Part shown: piece by piece, positions 56,181 to 64,000 of the stretch | Layout of the letters: the number at the start of each line of letters is the position of its first letter | Numbering within the stretch: the first letter of the stretch is position 1 | From: Eledone cirrhosa | Taxonomy: Eukaryota | Assembly: GCA_964016885.1 (NCBI GenBank) | Contig: OZ024740.1 | Location: forward strand, 158,906,001 to 158,970,000 | DNA length: 64,000 bases | Direction: 5' to 3' | Program-made: the position numbers and the translations under genes | Notes under the pieces: model-generated | The model's input: the letters and a program-made list of their open reading frames with translations, nothing else | Told to the model about the DNA's origin: nothing | Databases searched by the model: none

Positions 56181-57335
56181 TATTCCCCATTAGGCAAATA
56201 AATAGTGATCTATGGATGGGAATAACAAATTAACACACACCTGTATGCAAACACTTCACACAACACACCCGACACACACACACATACGCACACGCACACG
56301 CACACGCGCACACAGACAGACACATACCCCCACACACACATACACACACACACACAGACACACAGGGATGAGATCAGAGGATCGTGAATTTTGATATGCT
56401 ATTTCTAATGATTTGAAGTAAGGATATTCCAGTTTCATCAACTTTTGTCGAAAAATGTATAATGTTGACACAAAAACCCCAGAAAATGTGGCCACTTTTG
56501 TTAGTCGCGCTATACACACAGACACACAGACACACACACACATATATATATTTATGTATATGTATATATATGTATATATATATATGTATGTGTACATATG
56601 TATCTGTTAGACACGCAGTGACTAACAACAGAATGCTTTAAGTCTGCGTGTCTGACATATATGCGTAGCTTGTGAATAAAAGATTCAAGGGGTGTCGCTG
56701 GCCGTGGTGATCGCTGCCAAACATGTTTTGTAATGTATCGTCTTATTGGCTAATTTCATCGTCTTATTGGCTAATTAACCAACGAGAGTAATTGTTGCTC
56801 AAAAGCATCCGCCATTTTGTTTGCACGTTTATTTATCGCTGCGCGTTCGAATCTTCCTCTTGTATTTCGTCGTTTATCATCAAAATATTTTACTCGTTTT
56901 GGTAAGTTATATTTTTTAAATTTATATTAACTATTTTTTTTCAATTCGTTATAACATGCTTATAATATTGGCTGTATCATATTTACTTGTATATTTGTCC
57001 ATATTATTGATCGTTTTATGTTAGATTATTTTATTATTATTATGTTAGATTATTTTTTTTTTATTATGTTAGACTATTTGTATGTAATATTTAATGTTTA
57101 TTAATTCAACTATAACAATTATTATGTAAAATATATTTATTTAATATTGATTGTTTTTTGTAGTTGTTTATATTAAAATTCTGAAAATATTTTTATACAT
57201 CTTACAATAATATTTATAAGATCATTTATAAAATACCAATTATATAATCTAATTACATTACAACGATAATTTATTATTAATATATATCATGTTTAACTAG
57301 AGTTATTACAAGCGTTGCCTTAAAAAATATTAAAC

Positions 57336-57972
57336 TAGACCTGAAAAATGCGCAAGCTCAAAAGAGCCACAGAATGTTATAATAAACCTTCAAAAGTGTG
57401 GGACTAGAGTTGTTGCTAAAAAATATTGTAATCATTATCTATCATACACGGTGGATTGGGAGTATCGGTAGAGGGTCGGACGCCATGCTTTCCAGCATAG
57501 TTACGTCCCTTTATGATCTGAGTTCAAATCCCGCCGAAGTTGACTTTGCCTTTCATCCTTACGGGGTCGATAAAATAAAGTACCAGTATGCACTGGGTGA
57601 TTGCTGGCCTTGTGCCTAAAGTAGAAACAATTATCTATCATACACTCTGTGGCATCCTTTTATAAAAAAGAGACGCATAACGAACTCAATACGACATGAT
57701 AATTATTTAAGTGAATTTATAATATAGAATTCGGTTTAAGTGCATTTCGTATTAATCATTACCAAACATCTAATATGAGATATTGAACTTTAGCTTAAAT
57801 AATTATTGTGTCGTCTTGAGTTCGTTATGAATCTCTTTTTTATAAAAGGATGCCACAGAGTGTACGATAGATAAAGATTACAATATTTTTGAGCAACAAC
57901 TCTAGACCCACACTTTTGAAGGTTTATTATAACATTCAGTGGCTCTTTTGAGCTTGCGCATTTTTCAGGTCT

Positions 57973-57977
<5 letters not shown>
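57336..57977. mobile_element. Fold-back element (about 180-bp arms) abutting (TA)n, left arm split by a SINE
   Basis: 57336-57449 plus 57646-57710 is the reverse complement of 57794-57973. Confidence 0.88.
57450..57630 (+). mobile_element. Meta-type SINE with 15-bp TSD
   Basis: TSD ttatctatcatacac at 57435-57449 and 57631-57645. Confidence 0.95.
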
Positions 57978-58045
<68 letters not shown>

Positions 58046-58198
58046 ATGTAGGTGTGACACACGACTTGTGATATATTAGTAAAAAGGAAAAGAAAATATA
58101 TGTTAGCTAGATTGAAAAATACTAATTAAAATAATACGGTTTGTCTGTCTCGATTTAAAATAATAAATCAATAACAAACCTATATTGGCAATAGCCGT

Positions 58199-58275
58199 GA
58201 TACCCGGACAAATTTTAAATTTGTTTCGTAACAATTAAGTGAAAGTTACTATTCCTGTGCTCTTCTGCGGGTATC
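58199..58275 (-). ncRNA. Hammerhead motif with A4 core variant
   Basis: gatacccg-CAGAAGA-gcac...gtaac...gttac-GAAA-caaattt a aaatttg-TC-cgggtatc. Confidence 0.78.
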
Positions 58276-58544
58276 CAGAAATTGGTAAGTTTCACTTCAA
58301 AATACTTAAGAAGACTGAGAGAAATGTGTTTTTGAACGCACATGTGTCACAGCGCCTATCTCCTCCCATACTTGTGCCGCTAAAAATAGCAGCCGGTTTT
58401 ATGGGACTAAAAATTAGCTCTACGTATGGAGCCGAGAATATTATATATAGAGTTATAAACTTAAAATAGTCTTTTACAATTAAATAGCTCAAAGAAAGGA
58501 ATATTTCCGAGCCGTGTAATACAACTCTATATAACTCTATATAT

Positions 58545-61500
58545 AACATTCTCGGCTAATATTGGTGGTCGGATTTTCAACATGACCGATGTTAAGGGGA
58601 AGCTTACATTTTGAATGGACTGTTCTGCCGCCGTCTAGCAGTGTTGCTGCTATTCCCGAAGACGCCATTGCAATGGCAATCTGTCCACGTTGGCGAACAT
58701 TGGCAAGAAGGAGATTGAGGAGAAATGTCTTTCCTGTGCCATCTGGTGCATCAAGGAAGTGGCTGCCACCGTTGGTGTCTTCAAGTATGGTCAAAACAAA
58801 AGTATAGACATCAGCTTGTTCAAGATTCAAAAGTTTTCTCTTTCTTGAACGTAGGACAGAAGCCTGGCAGCATCGTAGCATGTCTCCCTTAGTAGGGGGC
58901 GGTTACAAACAGCCTCATTTTCTCTTTTAGGGGATTCCATACAGAGGTTCTTCAAGGGACGGTCACCCATTTACAAAAGTATATCTTTTAGAAATATGAG
59001 ACCGCAGTTGTACATTTCAGGTGTAAACTGTAAATTCATGTGTGTGGACGCGAAGCGAGATTGCATTAGGATGTCCAAGCACATGCTGTCGCGATATTTC
59101 TCCCAGAAAGACTGTGGATTCCCAAGACTGCAGTACACCAGCATAACGGCGAAAAGCTTACGAAGAGCAATTGGTGACTGCAACATTGATGCTTCATGGA
59201 GGGCGTGGTCATAGTTGTCATCATTGTCGAGAAGACCTAATTTGGAGCAGGCCTCTTTAAATGTTGAACAAATATGGCCATTGGCGGTACGAAGGTCTTC
59301 AAAGGAAGTTGGACCTTTGACAACGTGCAATAGAAGACGAAGGTGAAAGCATTCTGAATTGAGAGGGTGAACTGTGTACACTCTGGAGAGGGCATCAGAC
59401 TCACGCATCGAAGCATCCCTTTTTGAAATGCATCCTCGCTTTCTTCTTTGCCAACAGCGGGAAGATTTATTCGACGTGTAGAATGTAGACAACTCCGCAT
59501 AAGGAAGTGTTCTGGCAAGAGAGTCAGAAGTACAAAGTTCAAAGAATCCGGTAAGGGTCGTTCTTCGAGGTTGTCTTGCACAGTCAAGCATATTTTCTTG
59601 GTTCAAATACACCCGTTGACCATTCTCCAAATGAACGCTGAGGTGAATAACTGCAGGTTCACGTTCATGGATCGGAAAACCGAATATGCGCCAAAATGCC
59701 TCGTTAGAAGAGATGTAGCGGCCAGTTTGGAAAAACGTGACTTCATCTGTGGCGGCATCAGGGTTATTGGTCTTAGCCAACTCAATAACTGCTCGATCGG
59801 CTCCCTTATGAACATACTTGCAGATGTATTGGATTGATTTTACGGAGTTGCAGAATTCAACATTAATGTGGGCTGAAAACATATTACAAGGCACCTTGTT
59901 ATGTGGTACAACCCATCGGTTGTCGATATTGAAATCTTGACCACCAACCATTGTTATAGTTGCCGTATGTCCACTCTCCTGTGGTGCCCTGCGACGGTAT
60001 AAAGGGTAGCCATCATCACCAGTTTTGGTTTCATGGATAAGTTTACGTGGGTAACGCTTTGTACATTTCCCATTATCCATACATGCAGGTTTTGGATTTA
60101 GGTGGCCTCACGGTCCATGGATCATGTTGGCTTTTATAATTTGAAAAAAGACAGGGATTTCTTGGGGATTTGGCAATTCAGCACTTATAACGGAATCAAG
60201 ACCAGTTGACATGAGCCTTTTTTGAAGCCAAAGGAGAATATGGGCATGTGGGAGTCCTCTCTTCTGCCATTCTACGGTGTACAGGAAACACCTTACTGGT
60301 CCAAAAAGTTGTCCGTATTTTATAACATCCCTCATTTTCATAAGTTTTAGGTGAAGCACTCTAGATGTGATATCATGCCTGTGTGAAGGATTTTGGCCAT
60401 GAAGTAAGTGAGACTGTATGTCAAACCATTTTGGATTGCATGTGAAGGTTATGAAAAGATCAGGACCGCCACAAGGGCGGACATAGGTGAGAGCATCCTG
60501 CATTTTTTCATGCATGTAACGGGGGCCTCCAGTGTATGACGATGGGAGAATGACAGAAAGCCCAACATCCGAAGCAATAACCTGATCATTTTGGTTGACT
60601 TCGTCACGTAGATTGCCGTATTCTTCTGAACGCAGTTCCTTTGATGGTGTCTTATCCATTGGAGGCGTTCAGTGTCAATCTGGAAAAGGAAGAAATTGTT
60701 GTGGTAAATATTGAGTGAACTGGCTAAGGAAATTTTCTGAACGAAATCATAAAATAAGAAATAGTAATCTTAGAAAATACGTCTACACAGTATTGATTGA
60801 GGAGCATCCGTGTTCTATGCAGAATGTTGATGTCGTTTTTGCGAACCTTAAGCCTAAATGCATAAAATTCCATTTGTGAAATGGTTTTCCGTGGTTGAAG
60901 ATGCATTAAAGTTACCGGATTACACTTTGGCAAGTCAATGCGGTAGCCATCGTCGGCAAAGGGGAACAGTAATGGATATTGGCGGGCATCATATGCAAGA
61001 TGAAGTTCATTTATTTTTTGAAGACGCCAGTTCTGCCATTCAAGAACAATATCACGCTTTGAAGCACTCTCATTAGGACTTGTTATAAGCACCGCAACTT
61101 CATCGGTTTGGGGTCTGTTAAAGCAACCCTGATGCTGCCCTGGTGGAGGGCGGTCACCTCGAATGACAACCTTGATTGGTGTTAGCATCTCTACGCTGAA
61201 AAGCAGTTTTGAAAATGGTGACGTAGGGGTTTATGGTATGAAGCATATATTGAAGGGGCTACAGAAGAAAAGGTATTGTTCCTTTAGCAACTGAAGCTCT
61301 TCGTGCAGTTTCTTCAGGTCCGTTCCCCATAAAGTAAATCTGGAGAAAACTGTGTTCATCGCCATCTTGTGGAATAAGGGAGCCAATTTGATGGTAAATT
61401 TGGCCTTGCACTTTGAATGTGGGCATATAATTTCCATGTTTCATTGGTGTATGACCAAAGCTTGTCATTTGGAAAGCCGAATTGTAGGCTCTTATATTTC

Positions 61501-62108
61501 TAAGAAAGTGTTTAGAATCAGGGTGGTCTCCAAGCAGCAGAGAATTCAAAGGTTCGGCACCGACTTGTAAATGAGGCAATCTAACCGTTCTATTGGAGCA
61601 GCATATACCGGTAGATTCTGATGGCCACCTCATTGCGTTAAAATAGACGCAAACAGTTGGCATGCTACCAATGATGATATGTGGATGGGATGCGTAGTCC
61701 TCTTGGAGGCTGTATTGAAAAAGCCTTCTTAGACAAGTAACAGGAAGAAACCCTCGGAAAGACATGAGAACGCATTTTCCGTTGAGAATCAACCGCAAGC
61801 TTTGTTACCCTTTGGTCAATAGACTCTAAAGTACGGCTATTTGAAGTAGAAGCAGCATCGCAAGCAAGCCGGAGTTCTGCTTCTTCAGCAGTCTGTAATG
61901 CTCTGGCCTTCGAAATAGAAGTAGCATTGCGAGCGACCCGGAGTTCTGCTTGTTCGGTTGTCTGTAATGCTCTGGCGATCGAAGTAGAAGCAGCATTGCG
62001 AGCACGCCGTAGCATATATTGTTCTTCTGTCTCGCCTGCGCGCAAAGAACACAAAGCAGAAGCATTTCTTGTTTTTCTTCCAATGTGACTCTTGCTTTTT
62101 CGAGGCAT
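58545..62108 (-). mobile_element. Decayed Helitron Rep/PIF1-like helicase gene, helicase C-terminus missing
   Basis: FLRNIRAYNSAFQMTSFG, FKVQGQIYH, QYPLLFP, LPSSYTGGPRYM, PDLFITFTCNPKW, VEWQKRGLPHAHILLW, MIHGP, HINVE, YICKYVHKG, LDAPDGTGKTFL, ASSGIAATLLDGGRTVHS. Confidence 0.95.
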
Positions 62109-62537
62109 TCTATGGAAAATCTGTAATAGAATAAATCTGAAACAAATCCTTAACTGTCAACCAGAGACTGATATACTACAGAACCTACTGCAAATGTTCA
62201 ATGAGCTATAAAGAAAATATCATTACAAACTGACTGATCACCGAGAAGAAATTGTGTAACACAATGCTGTAAATGTTATGTATATGTCGTTAAGTAATTG
62301 TCGCTTACAGTAACTATATTCCGTGACATCGACAATCAAATTACTGAGTACGATACTTGTCTACCTTGTATGTTCTAGAAGTATTACAGTTCATCAGTGC
62401 TAATTAATAAAAGTGTCTTGTAATACACAATATACAGCGTCATCTAAAGTAGTTATGTTTCTTTTATTAAAAAACATCCCCGCATCCTCCTTTAGGAATG
62501 TGTACAATTTTAAGAGATCGGGTGAATAATAGGCAAG

Positions 62538-62723
62538 TTATAATTGTTTCTACTTTAGGCACAAAGCCAGCAATTACCCAGTGCATTATTGGTACTTTAT
62601 TTTATCGACCCCGTAAGGATGAAAGGCAAAGTCAACCTCGGCGGGATTTGAACTAAGATCGTAAAGGGACGTAACTATGCTGGAAAGCATGGCGTCCGAC
62701 CCTCTACCGATACTGCCAATCCA
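62538..62723 (-). mobile_element. Meta-type SINE
   Basis: Near-identical to the reverse complement of 57450-57630. Confidence 0.93.
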
Positions 62724-62950
62724 CACACAGAGAGAACGGGACTCAATCTCATCCCAAATCTGTAATTGAATGCATCTGAAACAACTCAAATCAAAGAAAT
62801 TTACTTGGTTTCTGTTTATAGGACTTCTAATGAAAATTTTGAATACAAAGTCCCATAAGGATTAGAAAAATGGCGTTATATATATATATATATATAAATA
62901 TACCTGTAAACATATGTATGTATTTATCTATGCATGTATGTATATATATA

Positions 62951-63024
<74 letters not shown>

Positions 63025-63029
<5 letters not shown>

Positions 63030-63801
63030 GTTGAAAATGTAACACATCAGAGAGAGATATACAGTGCGTTATCAATAATACAGGGAAAAAACCACCAGTG
63101 TATGGAATCTATAACCTATGAAAGGCAGACTATAGACACGATAATTAAAAATATAAATTAAAGCGTAAATAAATACCTCTATAACTATATACCACACGTA
63201 CAAATCCAAAGATATGTTTCACCAATAATTTGTTGAAAGAAATGGGTTAGTCTCGGTTCATCAGCGTGTGTAAGGCTATACATTTCAGACAACACTAAGA
63301 GAATTTTCAAATTGACTGTCCAGCTACACGTGGGAGAGAGAAGTCACAGCGTGTTTAAGGGCAGTGAACCAGTGGCCTCTGAGGGACGAACTGCTAGAAA
63401 GGGCAGCCCAAAGCCACTCAGAGAAGTGTGCTCAACCAAACAGAGATAGGAAAGACTGTTATTAGGAGCGAAATATCACGATAAATTAACGGAGGCATAG
63501 GCCATCGCTATTCCCTGTAAATAATGTGCTCAAAGGAGAAGAGATCCTGAGCCCTTTAAAATACAATACGTTGAACAGGTAACACACCAGAGAAGGATAT
63601 ACAGTGCGTTATCAATAATTACTAATAGATTCCATACACTGGTGGTTTTTTCCCTGTATTATTGATAACGCACTGTATATCTCTCTCTGGTGTGTTACCT
63701 TTTCAACATATTGTATTTTAAAGAGCTCAGGATCTCTTCTCCTTTGAGCACATTATTTACAGGGAATAGCGAGGGCCTATGCCTACGTTAATTTATCGTC
63801 A
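63025..63801. mobile_element. (TA)n-flanked fold-back element with tandem plus inverted terminal repeats
   Basis: 63025-63112 and 63478-63619 are both inverse to parts of 63626-63800. Confidence 0.88.
63193..63270 (-). ncRNA. Type I hammerhead ribozyme
   Basis: cacacg-CTGATGA-acc...ggt-GAAA-catatctttggatttg-TA-cgtgtg (6-bp perfect stem I, GUA site). Confidence 0.88.
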
Positions 63802-64000
63802 TATATATATATATATATATATATACCCTTCAAAATTTGCAAAACATTCTTGCGATTCAAGGGATGACAATTACTTTTCTTTTACAACCTTGCCACCAGG
63901 AAGGTGGCCGGTCAAAAAAATATACTCGAAATTAAGAGAAAGAGATCACATACATACATACATACATACATGGTGGAGATATTACAAATGTAATATCTCC

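Noticed and set aside
56685-57325. Possible TTAA-type DNA transposon MITE
   Set aside because: Terminal similarity is too weak to support.
57450-57540. tRNA genes
   Set aside because: The A and B boxes belong to SINE heads and there is no full cloverleaf.
58080-58545. Helitron 3' terminus
   Set aside because: No hairpin plus CTRR end was found. The segment is homologous to 34250-34490 and contains a hammerhead, so it is more likely a PLE end that truncates the Helitron.
58862-58975. Apparent insertion between Helitron ORFs
   Set aside because: It reads through as Helitron coding sequence (LL*MGDRPL...LLRETCYD) with a nonsense mutation.

Overview
AT-rich, repeat-saturated eukaryotic intergenic or intronic DNA. 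A cephalopod (Octopus-like) origin is inferred from the SINE and microsatellite profile. No host protein-coding gene can be supported, and most short ORFs are microsatellite or antisense artefacts. Contents: many Penelope-like elements (PLEs: Naiad-type, Neptune-like and Penelope/Poseidon-like RT plus GIY-YIG remnants), two Tx1-clade LINEs, a Dong/R4 LINE fragment, two RTE fragments, a decayed Helitron with an intron, several tRNA-derived Meta-type SINEs, hAT and Tc1-type MITEs, and a 6.5 kb 16-bp minisatellite. The most striking signal is a recurring architecture in about 9 insertions from at least 8 unrelated sequences: fold-back (inverted-repeat) units, most bounded by (TA)n, often with one arm 45-110 nt longer than the other. 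The window also holds more than 15 type I hammerhead-ribozyme motifs, several with variant catalytic cores (U3-A8, A4) and one homologous pair with compensatory stem changes. This suggests a (TA)n-targeted, hammerhead-bearing PLE system with non-autonomous hairpin derivatives.
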